Counted from the stretch's first letter, positions 27,221 through 35,679 are shown. The stretch is DNA of 64,000 bases from an uncultured SAR86 cluster bacterium (GCA_902601475.1 CACKNK010000002.1:135739-199738); one strand, 5' to 3'. Translations and numbers: made by a program. Notes: a model not told the origin generated them from the sequence alone.

Positions 27221-27245
27221 TCAAGCTGAACTAAGTTCAGCTTGA
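27221..27245. repeat. Perfect 25-nt inverted repeat (11-bp stem, 3-nt loop)
   Basis: TCAAGCTGAAC-TAA-GTTCAGCTTGA, 15 nt after the stop of the 93-aa gene. No U-tract follows. Confidence 0.6.
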
Positions 27246-27266
27246 GCTAACAACACAGACAAAAAT

Positions 27267-27695
27267 ATGAATTTAAACAAAGACTATGATTGGGCCAGGG
27301 TTATTGGTAAAAGAGATAGTTTACTAATGCAATCAATGGAAGACGATATGAGCCAGGTAATCTTAGATTATCTAGGGGTTGAAAGTGAGGAGGATGTTTC
27401 AAAAGAACATGTCGAGGAACTTTTGGAGATTAGAAAATTTCTAGAAACACCTTTTAGCGAAGGTGGTAAGGGGTTTACCTTAAGTAGTTCACCACATTTT
27501 GAGGTTTTGTATAACTCAATCCAGATGTTGGCAGATGAGATCTTAGAAGAGGCCGAAGGAGTTTCACAAGAAGGAAAAATTGTTAACATTAACAAACAGC
27601 CTAATCAGCCACCTGAAATTAATCTTGATGATGAGTCAATGTGGGATGAGTTAATAGATGAAATGATAGAGGAAGATAAAGATAAGAAGAATTAA
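27267..27695 (+). CDS. Small acidic protein (142 aa)
   Basis: ATG start. D/E-rich throughout, with C-terminal DDESMWDELIDEMIEEDKDKKN. Confidence 0.55.
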   Translation: MNLNKDYDWARVIGKRDSLLMQSMEDDMSQVILDYLGVESEEDVSKEHVEELLEIRKFLETPFSEGGKGFTLSSSPHFEVLYNSIQMLADEILEEAEGVSQEGKIVNINKQPNQPPEINLDDESMWDELIDEMIEEDKDKKN

Positions 27696-27779
27696 TATAA
27701 AAGACACCAAAAAAAGAGTCATATCAACTTAACCTATGACTTAGAAGAAATTTAAAACCATAATAAAAAGGAGAACATT

Positions 27780-27842
27780 ATGAGATTAATTTTAGGAATA
27801 GCACAAGAAGAGCTTTTTAGTAGTTGTTTTAACAATGTGTAG
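27780..27842 (+). CDS. 20-codon mini-ORF (MRLILGIAQEELFSSCFNNV) with strong SD, upstream of the GIY-YIG gene
   Basis: AAGGAG 6 nt before the ATG. Stop lies 33 nt before the 27876 ATG. Too short for the ORF track. Confidence 0.3.
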   Translation: MRLILGIAQEELFSSCFNNV

Positions 27843-27875
27843 AATTAAATTTTTTAATAAAAGGGATGAAATTAT

Positions 27876-28793
27876 ATGAGTTGGAGTGAGTTTAGACCTT
27901 TTACTGATTATATTGATATCAAACATTTCACTGGTTACTCTGGTGGTGGAAAAAATATTTGGAAAACCAAATTACAAGAAGAAGCTAATAAAGAACCAGA
28001 TCTTTTGAGCTTTTCTCAAGCAGAAGGGTGCACACCAGTCAAAGGGGGTGTTCTCGATTATAGAAAAGATAATAGCTCTGGGGAATGCCCTGAAATTACA
28101 TGTGGAATTTACTTTATTCGTATTGATGATGAGAGCGCTAAACATAACGAAGAAACTCCATCTGGATATTATGATTACATTGGTTTGTCATCTAATTTCA
28201 CTAAAAAAACTTTTCAATCCGGCATCTATGGAAGACTATATGATCATTACAGGAAATTAGTATGCCTCCCTAAAAGAGGTAATTTTGGCGAGTTAATTAT
28301 AAGAAATCATTTTAAAGATATTAACTTAAGTAATTTGAATAAAGGCCAGAAAAAGGCTCTACTCAAAAAACATCAACTTAAAGCTATAGAACATCTCCAG
28401 AAGCAATCTTTTGAAGATTACCAAAAACTAAGAGACTATTTTGGGGGAGACGATATAGGTAATAATCTAGATTTATACGGCACTACTGAATACTTCTTTA
28501 AAGCTTTTAAAGCATGCAGTGAAACAAATGATCTGAATACAATTAATGGAATTAAACATTTTTTCAAAGAAAAAGTACATCTTTCATTTTATAAACATAC
28601 ATTTGGTGGTGAAGATCAGTTTCGTTCAAAAGGTAATAACCCGCAAATAAATGAGTCGTGGAAGAAGTTCGTCGAATTTATTGCAAAAGGAGAAGGGGTA
28701 GCTTTAGCAGCTTATAAAAATATAAATGGAAAGTTACCATATTTAAATAAGAGAGATGAGATAAAAAACCTTGATATTCTGCCCAACCACTGA
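27876..28793 (+). CDS. GIY-YIG-like nuclease-domain protein with a large internal insertion
   Basis: CGIYFIRI...YYDYIGLSS...SGIYGRLYDHYRKL (GIY, YIG, Arg-x3-His). A distal E/N region EFIAKGEGVALAAYKNINGKLPYLN lies about 170 aa later. Between them is a K-rich helical insert. Confidence 0.5.
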   Translation: MSWSEFRPFTDYIDIKHFTGYSGGGKNIWKTKLQEEANKEPDLLSFSQAEGCTPVKGGVLDYRKDNSSGECPEITCGIYFIRIDDESAKHNEETPSGYYDYIGLSSNFTKKTFQSGIYGRLYDHYRKLVCLPKRGNFGELIIRNHFKDINLSNLNKGQKKALLKKHQLKAIEHLQKQSFEDYQKLRDYFGGDDIGNNLDLYGTTEYFFKAFKACSETNDLNTINGIKHFFKEKVHLSFYKHTFGGEDQFRSKGNNPQINESWKKFVEFIAKGEGVALAAYKNINGKLPYLNKRDEIKNLDILPNH

Positions 28794-28940
28794 CGTCATT
28801 TTAACAGTAACATCACCAGTTAAACTTTACGAAAAGAATTTAATCAACCACCTCACATCGAAGAAAATTAATAAGGATAATTTTTCAGACTTGCTAGGTA
28901 GATCAAGAGTTAATTTAATCAAAGATTAATTTTCTCTATA

Positions 28941-28957
28941 ACGACAATATGTGTCGT
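28941..28957. promoter_or_regulatory. Operator candidate 3: ACGACAATATGTGTCGT
   Basis: Same 6-bp arms ACGACA/TGTCGT with a 5-nt spacer. Ends 23 nt before the ATG at 28981. Followed by GTATATGA, similar to copy 2. Confidence 0.55.
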
Positions 28958-28980
28958 GTATATGAGTTCTAATAGAACAT

Positions 28981-29487
28981 ATGAAAAAAAATACTGATAA
29001 CTGGTTAAATGTACGGGCAAACTCGAGCATATCATTTAATAATATAACCATCCATAATTCAAAGTATGTGAAAGTTAGCTCGATTAAGGTAACAATTTCA
29101 CTTCATTACTCTGATGATGATGGTACTTGCGTTTTTTTAACTAAAAATCCTCAACTTATTCATATGATGATTGATCGATGTGAAATTGAAAGAAACTTGC
29201 CTTATGGGGAGTGGGAAAAAACCGTTAGATCAATTCTTTTTAAAGAAAAAGGAATAAAAAATAGCGACCTTGATCAGTTTGTTAGTTGGAACCTAGCAAA
29301 CCCATCATTCTCACTGGCAAAGTATAGAAAATGCACAAAAAAAGAAATTGATGCTTTCAGATTTCATCGTGCTGATCAAAGAAGCGAAATTTTGTCTGGT
29401 AATGATAAGGTGGTTTATCAGCAATACATTAAAGCATCCTATAACGACCAAGACAGTTCAGTACCTCACAACTTTGTTATGCCATAG
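28981..29487 (+). CDS. Hypothetical protein (168 aa)
   Basis: ATG ORF directly downstream of operator copy 3. No recognised domain. Confidence 0.55.
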   Translation: MKKNTDNWLNVRANSSISFNNITIHNSKYVKVSSIKVTISLHYSDDDGTCVFLTKNPQLIHMMIDRCEIERNLPYGEWEKTVRSILFKEKGIKNSDLDQFVSWNLANPSFSLAKYRKCTKKEIDAFRFHRADQRSEILSGNDKVVYQQYIKASYNDQDSSVPHNFVMP

Positions 29488-29548
29488 GATTACAATAAGG
29501 TTAATAATATTTTATAAATTATTTTGAGTTAAAAAATGGAGAAAACCA

Positions 29549-29809
29549 ATGAGTGATTTGATTAGAGTGAAAAGAACAAGAACTGTAGTAACGACCTACC
29601 GGGATTTTGCCGATATAGATCGAGAGCAGATGATTAATGATTTAGGAATAACGGTACATGATTATGATGATTTTATGAATGAACTAGAAGATTGGATACT
29701 GAAATGGGAGATGCTTGATAAACCAACAGAGATCGAAGTAGATCAAAGTGAAACAGTTTCAGAGGAGGAGGAACTAGATTGTTGGATAGATGCTGATTGC
29801 ATCGATTAA
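29549..29809 (+). CDS. Small highly acidic protein (86 aa)
   Basis: SD GGAG 8 nt before the ATG. C-terminal EVDQSETVSEEEELDCWIDADCID. Confidence 0.55.
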   Translation: MSDLIRVKRTRTVVTTYRDFADIDREQMINDLGITVHDYDDFMNELEDWILKWEMLDKPTEIEVDQSETVSEEEELDCWIDADCID

Positions 29810-29811
29810 AT

Positions 29812-31140
29812 TTATAAAATTACAAATGGAAAAACTATAACAAATAGCAAAACCAATATTTGGATGATGATAAAAGGAATAACTCCTCTATAAATATCTG
29901 TAGTTTTAATGCTCGCGTCAGCAACCCCTCTCAAGTAAAACAAAGAAAATCCAAAGGGCGGTGTAAGGAAGGATGTCTGTAAGTTGATGGCCATTAATAT
30001 TCCAAGCCAGACAGGATCAAAGCCCATCATTAATAAAGGCGGAGCCACTAGTGGAATAATGACATAACAGATTTCAATGAAATCCAAAATAAAGCCAAAA
30101 AGAAAGATGGCAAAAAGGATAAAGAATAGGGCAGTGTATTTCCCACCTGGCATCATCTCAAAAATTTGATCAACTAAGAGATCACCACCCACTCCTCTAA
30201 AAATTAGTGAAAAAATTGAAGCTCCAATAAGGATGCTAAATATCATGGTGGTAACGGTTGCTGCCTTATAACTGGTTGCTTTAATAAGCTCTAAGTTAGC
30301 ATTGCCATTAATGGCAGCAATAATGAGTGCTCCAAGAGCACCCACTCCAGCAGCTTCAGTAGGCGTTGCTATACCTCCAATAATTGATCCGAGCACAACA
30401 AAAATTAGAGTGGCTGGGGGCAGTAGGGTTTTGAGAATGTTGGCTTCACCTTTAGTTTCTTCAATGACAACAAACTCTTTTTTCCTATTTATTAATATTG
30501 TGTAGATCAAATAGCCAATTACTATCATTAGGCCAGGGACAACCGCTCCAACAAATAAATCACCCACAGAGACCGTTTCCTGAGAGAACACTCCAAGATT
30601 ATTTTGCGCTCTTTGATAGGCATTCGACATCACATCACCGAGCAGTACCAACGCAATTGAGGGCGGAATAATTTGTCCCAATGTTCCTGTTGAAGCAACC
30701 AAGCCGGAGGCAAAGTCCTTGTCATAACCTTGTTTCAACATCGCTGGTAAAGACATTAGTCCCATGGTTACAACGGTAGCACCCACAATTCCAGTGCTGG
30801 CTGCTAAAAGTGCCCCCACAACAATTATTGAAATACTCAATCCCGAATTAGTATTTTTAAAAACGATTGCCATATCTCTTAGCATTTTGGAGGCAATGCC
30901 TGACCTCTCTAAAACCACTCCCATAAACACAAACAAAGGAACAGCCAAAAGCGTTTGATTATTCATGATCCCAAAAAGTCGCATGGGCAAAGTCTTAAAT
31001 AAATTAGCATCAAAGAAACCAAAAACGGTTCCTAGAAGAGCAAATAATATAGAGGTGCCCGCCAAGGTAAATGCAACTGGATACCCGACTAGCAGCGCCA
31101 TGCAAATTAGAGCAATTAAGAGAATGGGGATTATTTCCAT
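29812..31140 (-). CDS. dctM: TRAP transporter large permease (DctM family)
   Basis: About 12 TM helices. N-terminus MEIIPILLIALICMALLVGYPVAFTLAG and the LFVFMG/GIATPTEAAGVGA regions are typical of DctM. Confidence 0.9.
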   Translation of the reverse strand: MEIIPILLIALICMALLVGYPVAFTLAGTSILFALLGTVFGFFDANLFKTLPMRLFGIMNNQTLLAVPLFVFMGVVLERSGIASKMLRDMAIVFKNTNSGLSISIIVVGALLAASTGIVGATVVTMGLMSLPAMLKQGYDKDFASGLVASTGTLGQIIPPSIALVLLGDVMSNAYQRAQNNLGVFSQETVSVGDLFVGAVVPGLMIVIGYLIYTILINRKKEFVVIEETKGEANILKTLLPPATLIFVVLGSIIGGIATPTEAAGVGALGALIIAAINGNANLELIKATSYKAATVTTMIFSILIGASIFSLIFRGVGGDLLVDQIFEMMPGGKYTALFFILFAIFLFGFILDFIEICYVIIPLVAPPLLMMGFDPVWLGILMAINLQTSFLTPPFGFSLFYLRGVADASIKTTDIYRGVIPFIIIQILVLLFVIVFPFVIL

Positions 31141-31583
31141 AATTTATAAAGCTCCTTTAATCCGGCAAATGCTAAAACTATTGGAAATAAGAAAATTAAA
31201 CTTTTTTGAAAATAAACAAACTCCAAACCTCCTGGCTCAGTCGAAATTTCTTTTACCGACCAAGAAGTTGATACAAAATCAATTGAGTAATAAGCAAGCA
31301 CTCCTATGGTTGGAAAAAGAAAAAATATTATTCCTAAGGTATTAACTAATTTTTTGTATTGTGGCTTTGAGTTGCGATACAAAATATCTACTCTGACGTG
31401 TTCATCCTCAAGATAAGCCCATCCAGCACACCCAAGGAAAATTAAAGCATGCAAGTAGAGCGTTAATTCCTGCAAGTCTGTCCTGCCGACCCCAAAAAAA
31501 TACCTGCTCACTACAACAGCAATCATTAGCACTAAAAGTAGCGGAAGAAAAAGAGCAAAAAACTTTCCAATCCTGTTATTCAT
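31131..31583 (-). CDS. dctQ: TRAP transporter small permease (DctQ family)
   Basis: Four TM helices. HVRVDILY motif. Overlaps the dctM start by 10 nt. Confidence 0.75.
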   Translation of the reverse strand: MNNRIGKFFALFLPLLLVLMIAVVVSRYFFGVGRTDLQELTLYLHALIFLGCAGWAYLEDEHVRVDILYRNSKPQYKKLVNTLGIIFFLFPTIGVLAYYSIDFVSTSWSVKEISTEPGGLEFVYFQKSLIFLFPIVLAFAGLKELYKLWK

Positions 31584-31621
31584 ATTGCCTTAATTTAAAA
31601 GATGTAAGTAAAATAACTAAC

Positions 31622-32389
31622 ATGATTATTTTATTATCCCCTGCCAAAACATTAGATTACAGTAAGGACTTTAATTTCCAACCTTCTGTGCCCACTTTTT
31701 TAAATGACTCTGCAAAGCTTGTTAAGGGTCTTAAATCAAAAGAACCTAAAGATATAGCGAGCTTAATGGGCTTAAGTGATAAGTTAGCGACGCTTAACTT
31801 TGAAAGATTTCAGTCTTGGTCTGCAGCAAAAAAGATAGGATCTGATTCAAAGCATGCTCTGTTTGTTTTTCAGGGAGACGTTTATCAAGGCTTGCAAGCC
31901 GAAAACTTATCAAAAGGAGAAGTTATTTTTGCACAAAAACATCTACGAATCCTTTCAGGTCTTTATGGAGAGCTCAAACCCTTAGATTTAATTAAGCCTT
32001 ATAGGTTGGAAATGGGAACCAAATATAAAAATGAACGTGGTGATAACCTGTATCAGTTTTGGGGAGATAAGATTCAAAAAAATATCGTAAATGAGCTTAA
32101 GGCTAATAAGTCTAATTTAGTTATTAATCTTGCCTCAAAGGAGTATTTCTCTGTTGTTGGTAGGTTGCCAGAAGATATTGAAGTAGTTTCACCCATCTTT
32201 AAAGATTATAAGAATGATCAATATAAGATCATCAGTTTTTACGCAAAAAAAGCACGTGGATATATGAGCAGTTGGATTATTAAAAATAAGGTTACAAAAA
32301 GCGAAGACTTAAAAGGCTTTGATTTAGAGGGCTACAAGTTTTCAAAAAAAATGTCGACGCCACTAGAACCAGTTTTTATACGAAAATAA
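31622..32389 (+). CDS. yaaA: Peroxide stress protein YaaA (UPF0246)
   Basis: MIILLSPAKTLD N-terminus and LRILSGLYGELKPLDLIKPYRLEM. Confidence 0.9.
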   Translation: MIILLSPAKTLDYSKDFNFQPSVPTFLNDSAKLVKGLKSKEPKDIASLMGLSDKLATLNFERFQSWSAAKKIGSDSKHALFVFQGDVYQGLQAENLSKGEVIFAQKHLRILSGLYGELKPLDLIKPYRLEMGTKYKNERGDNLYQFWGDKIQKNIVNELKANKSNLVINLASKEYFSVVGRLPEDIEVVSPIFKDYKNDQYKIISFYAKKARGYMSSWIIKNKVTKSEDLKGFDLEGYKFSKKMSTPLEPVFIRK

Positions 32390-32403
32390 ATTAGGAGGTA
32401 AAT

Positions 32404-32658
32404 ATGCAAATTTTCTTAAACATTAGCCAAGTTGAACCTGAGGATACTCTAAGTGAAATGAAAGATCATGGTCTTGAATTTGAAACAGTTTCAGTTGAGG
32501 CAGATATGATGAATGGCTCATCTATAGTGACTGCAAACGTTAGTGATCTTTCTGAATTTCTGAACAAACTTAATGCGATTAAGGATGAAAATGAATACGA
32601 GTTGGAAATGTTAAGTGCAATTTTAGACGATGAGGATAACTGCCACTTCGAATACTAA
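32404..32658 (+). CDS. Small acidic protein (84 aa)
   Basis: Strong SD AGGAGG 6 nt before the ATG. D/E-rich. No recognised domain. Confidence 0.5.
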   Translation: MQIFLNISQVEPEDTLSEMKDHGLEFETVSVEADMMNGSSIVTANVSDLSEFLNKLNAIKDENEYELEMLSAILDDEDNCHFEY

Positions 32659-32666
32659 AAAAGTTA

Positions 32667-33527
32667 TTACGAGATTAATCCACTCTTTTCCCAAAAAGAT
32701 TTTTTGGGCTCAAGGTCTTCAAAATCACCAGAGACTTTTTCCATATAAGCTTTCATAGCTGATTCCATATCAGAAGAGCTAATCAAGGCTGAATTCCATA
32801 TCGCATGATAATCAAGCGCATCATCAACACTATTATCACGCGCATAATTGATTTGCTTCTTTATAACGCTTGTGACTAAGGGAGACTTTGATGCGATTTC
32901 TTCAGCGAGCCTAGTAGTCTCTTCTAATAGTTGGTCATGATCTTGAAAGACTTTTTCAACAAAGCCAAGTTGCTGAGCTTCAGCTGAGTCAAACTTTCTA
33001 CCGGTGTAAGCCAATTCTCTTACCGCACCCAAAGGCATTAGGGTGGGCAGTCTTTGCAGGGTGCCTACATCGGCTGCAAGACCAATATCAACTTCAGCAA
33101 TTTTGTAAAAAGCGTCAGTCGAGCAATAACGCATATCACAAGCAGCAGCCATATCAATGGCACCTCCAACACAAGCACCTTGGATTGCAGCAATTGTTGG
33201 CATACGGCACTTTTCTAATGCAGTAAATGCTCCCTGAAGTTCTAATAACTCATGATAAAAAGCCTCTCTTGTTCTTGAAGGATCTTTTTTCTTCTTACCA
33301 GAGCCGTCGTTAACAAAATTAGCTAAATCCATGCCTGCACTAAAGTGTTTACCTTCACCTCGAAGAAGAATCACTCTTGCATCAGCATTTTTATCAATTG
33401 TTTTGATAATTTCTGGAAGCTCTTTCCAGAATAGTCGTGTCATGGTGTTAAGCTCATTACCACGAGACATAATAATGTGAGCAACACCGTTAGATATTTC
33501 AGTTTTAAAGCATGTATAGTCACTCAT
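32667..33527 (-). CDS. Enoyl-CoA hydratase/isomerase family (dienoyl-CoA isomerase-like)
   Basis: LRGEGKHFSAGMDL and AAIQGACVGGAIDMAAACDMRY. Confidence 0.8.
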   Translation of the reverse strand: MSDYTCFKTEISNGVAHIIMSRGNELNTMTRLFWKELPEIIKTIDKNADARVILLRGEGKHFSAGMDLANFVNDGSGKKKKDPSRTREAFYHELLELQGAFTALEKCRMPTIAAIQGACVGGAIDMAAACDMRYCSTDAFYKIAEVDIGLAADVGTLQRLPTLMPLGAVRELAYTGRKFDSAEAQQLGFVEKVFQDHDQLLEETTRLAEEIASKSPLVTSVIKKQINYARDNSVDDALDYHAIWNSALISSSDMESAMKAYMEKVSGDFEDLEPKKSFWEKSGLIS

Positions 33528-33685
33528 TGACCGGACTCCTTTGTCTTAAGTTCTTTAACAGTTGTTAGCATTTCATCAATTAGATCGAAGGTTTTGTGAT
33601 GCGGTAGAACAACCTTTCGGTCTCTAGATAGCAGCTTTAACCCTTTTTCTAGCTCGTTTAATTTTTCCTGTAACTCTTTTGACAT
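33524..33685 (-). CDS. 53-aa coiled-coil-like small ORF, translationally coupled to the crotonase gene
   Basis: MSKELQEKLNELEKGLKLL... Its TGA stop overlaps the crotonase ATG (ATGA). Below the ORF-track size cut-off. Confidence 0.35.
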   Translation of the reverse strand: MSKELQEKLNELEKGLKLLSRDRKVVLPHHKTFDLIDEMLTTVKELKTKESGQ

Positions 33686-33730
33686 AATTAGATACTTTGT
33701 TTAGACAAAAAATTATAATAGCACCTCATC

Positions 33731-34558
33731 ATGAAAGCACCTTTAATTTACCTTTTCTTTTTATTATTTGCATTTAACTTTTCTGCAGAGGATTTTAGTC
33801 ATGAAGAACAACGCATGCTCTCAACCCTTTATGTACAAACAGCTGCAGAGCATCGCGCCTCTGTGCTCCAAACTTTTAAGACAGCAACCAACTTGTTGCC
33901 AGAAGCCATTGAGGATGCATCATGGAATGCCTTGCCAAACCTTGCATCAAACAATCGCGATCTAGCCCCAGCAATAATCATAGATGTTGATGACACAGTA
34001 TTGGATAACTCACCTTATGAAGCGCGGCTTATTAAATCTGGACAATCTTATCCTTCAGGATGGGGAGATTGGTGCAACGAATCACAAGCAAAACCTTTAC
34101 CAGGTGTTTTGGAATTTCTTCTAAAAGCAGAGCAAATGGGAGTCAAGATTTTTTATGTGACCAATAGAAAATATGAATACGAAAAAGGGACGCTTGAGAA
34201 TTTTAAAAAATTTGGTATCCCTATTGAGGGTGATGAAGACTCACTCTTGATGAGATATGAAAATGGTTGGGACTCAAATAAAACATCTAGAAGAGAACTT
34301 ATAGCTAAAAATCACAGAGTGATATTTCAAATCGGGGATAATCTTGGTGATTTTGTAGATCTTTCTCTTAGTCATCAATCGCCAGAAAAGCGTGTTGAAG
34401 TTGTTACCGAATTTAATGATATGTGGGGTAAGTATTGGTTCATGATTGAAAATCCTACTTACGGTGACTGGGAAGGCGCTCTATATAAATTTAATTTTGA
34501 TAGATCAAATCAAGAAATCATTCAGATTAGAAATAAAAAGTTGGATGAGGCCAGATGA
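33731..34558 (+). CDS. Class C acid phosphatase / 5'-nucleotidase, lipoprotein e(P4) family (HAD)
   Basis: IIIDVDDTVLDNSPY (DDDD-type motif I), YVTNR, GDNLGDF. Signal peptide present. Confidence 0.75.
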   Translation: MKAPLIYLFFLLFAFNFSAEDFSHEEQRMLSTLYVQTAAEHRASVLQTFKTATNLLPEAIEDASWNALPNLASNNRDLAPAIIIDVDDTVLDNSPYEARLIKSGQSYPSGWGDWCNESQAKPLPGVLEFLLKAEQMGVKIFYVTNRKYEYEKGTLENFKKFGIPIEGDEDSLLMRYENGWDSNKTSRRELIAKNHRVIFQIGDNLGDFVDLSLSHQSPEKRVEVVTEFNDMWGKYWFMIENPTYGDWEGALYKFNFDRSNQEIIQIRNKKLDEAR

Positions 34559-35679
34559 AAAGGGTCTTAGTGGTAGCAGCTTTGATTGCAATTTCTGCAA
34601 TTTATTTTTTTCAATCCAATAATCAAGAAAAAGTAAAGATTGGATCATCCGCTAGTCCTGAAAAACTTACTCAAAGAGACTATCAAGGTCCTCCGAAAAA
34701 AATCATCCTTCTTATTGGAGACGGGATGGGGCTTAATCATATACTTTTAGGTCGAATTGCATTCGGGGGTCCAGAGTTCAATATGGCAATGGATAGAATG
34801 CCAGTATTTGGAATTGTCACTACTCATTCAGTTGATGACTTAAATACTGATTCAGCAGCAAGCGCCACCGCATGGAATACAGGCTTTAAAACAAAAAATA
34901 GATTTGTTGGAGTAACCGTCGACAAAGAACCTAAAAAAAATATTTCAGAAACCATCAAAGACTTTGGTTTTATTTCTGGCTTAGTAGCAACATCATCAGT
35001 GACACACGCAACGCCTGCAGCTCAATATGCTCATACAGATAGTAGATACAAAGAAGAGCTAATTGCTCAACAACTAGTAGAATCTGAAATTCGAATAGCT
35101 TTAGGTGGAGGAACAGAGTTTTTCGAACAAGAAAATAAACAAGATTTATTTTTTATCGAAGATCTAAGTAGATTAAAAAACATCAGCACTGACAGTCGCG
35201 TTATAGGCTTGTTTGCTGAAGATGGCATCGAAAGATCTGTTGGCCCATCACAAATTGTAATGACAAAAGCAGCACTAAAGTTTTTATCCTCCGCTGCAAA
35301 AGACTGTAATAATTTCTTTCTTATGAGTGAAGGCAGTCAGATTGATTGGGAGTCTCACGACAATAAAGTAGATGAAATGCTGGTTGAACTAAAAGATTTT
35401 AATGAAACGATCAATTATGTATTGGATTATGCTGCAACTAGAGAAGACACACTGGTGATCGTTTCTTCAGATCACGAGACTGGAGGATTGGATGTCATAA
35501 AGCAGTCTGGTGATGATGTTGTCATAGGCTGGACTAGCGGAAGTCACACACTCGCACCAATTGGGATTTTTGCCTATGGTCCAGGCGCTGAAAATTTTTC
35601 AGGCAAGATTGATCAAACAGAAATATATAAAATCATTACAGAGCTTGCATCTGAGGCAAGCTGCTCAGCGGATCAATGA
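34555..35679 (+). CDS. phoA: Alkaline phosphatase (PhoA family)
   Basis: LLIGDGMG, TDSAASATAWNTG (active-site Ser), THATPA, DHETGG. ATGA overlap with the upstream gene. Confidence 0.85.
   Translation: MKRVLVVAALIAISAIYFFQSNNQEKVKIGSSASPEKLTQRDYQGPPKKIILLIGDGMGLNHILLGRIAFGGPEFNMAMDRMPVFGIVTTHSVDDLNTDSAASATAWNTGFKTKNRFVGVTVDKEPKKNISETIKDFGFISGLVATSSVTHATPAAQYAHTDSRYKEELIAQQLVESEIRIALGGGTEFFEQENKQDLFFIEDLSRLKNISTDSRVIGLFAEDGIERSVGPSQIVMTKAALKFLSSAAKDCNNFFLMSEGSQIDWESHDNKVDEMLVELKDFNETINYVLDYAATREDTLVIVSSDHETGGLDVIKQSGDDVVIGWTSGSHTLAPIGIFAYGPGAENFSGKIDQTEIYKIITELASEASCSADQ

Noticed and set aside
27717-27741. Hairpin AGTCATA-N11-TATGACT after the 142-aa acidic gene as a terminator
   Set aside because: It has only a 7-bp AT-rich stem with an 11-nt loop and no following U-tract. 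Too weak to call.
28791-28798. TGACGTCA palindrome at the GIY-YIG gene stop codon
   Set aside because: A single 8-bp palindrome is expected by chance, and it has no partner copy in the window.
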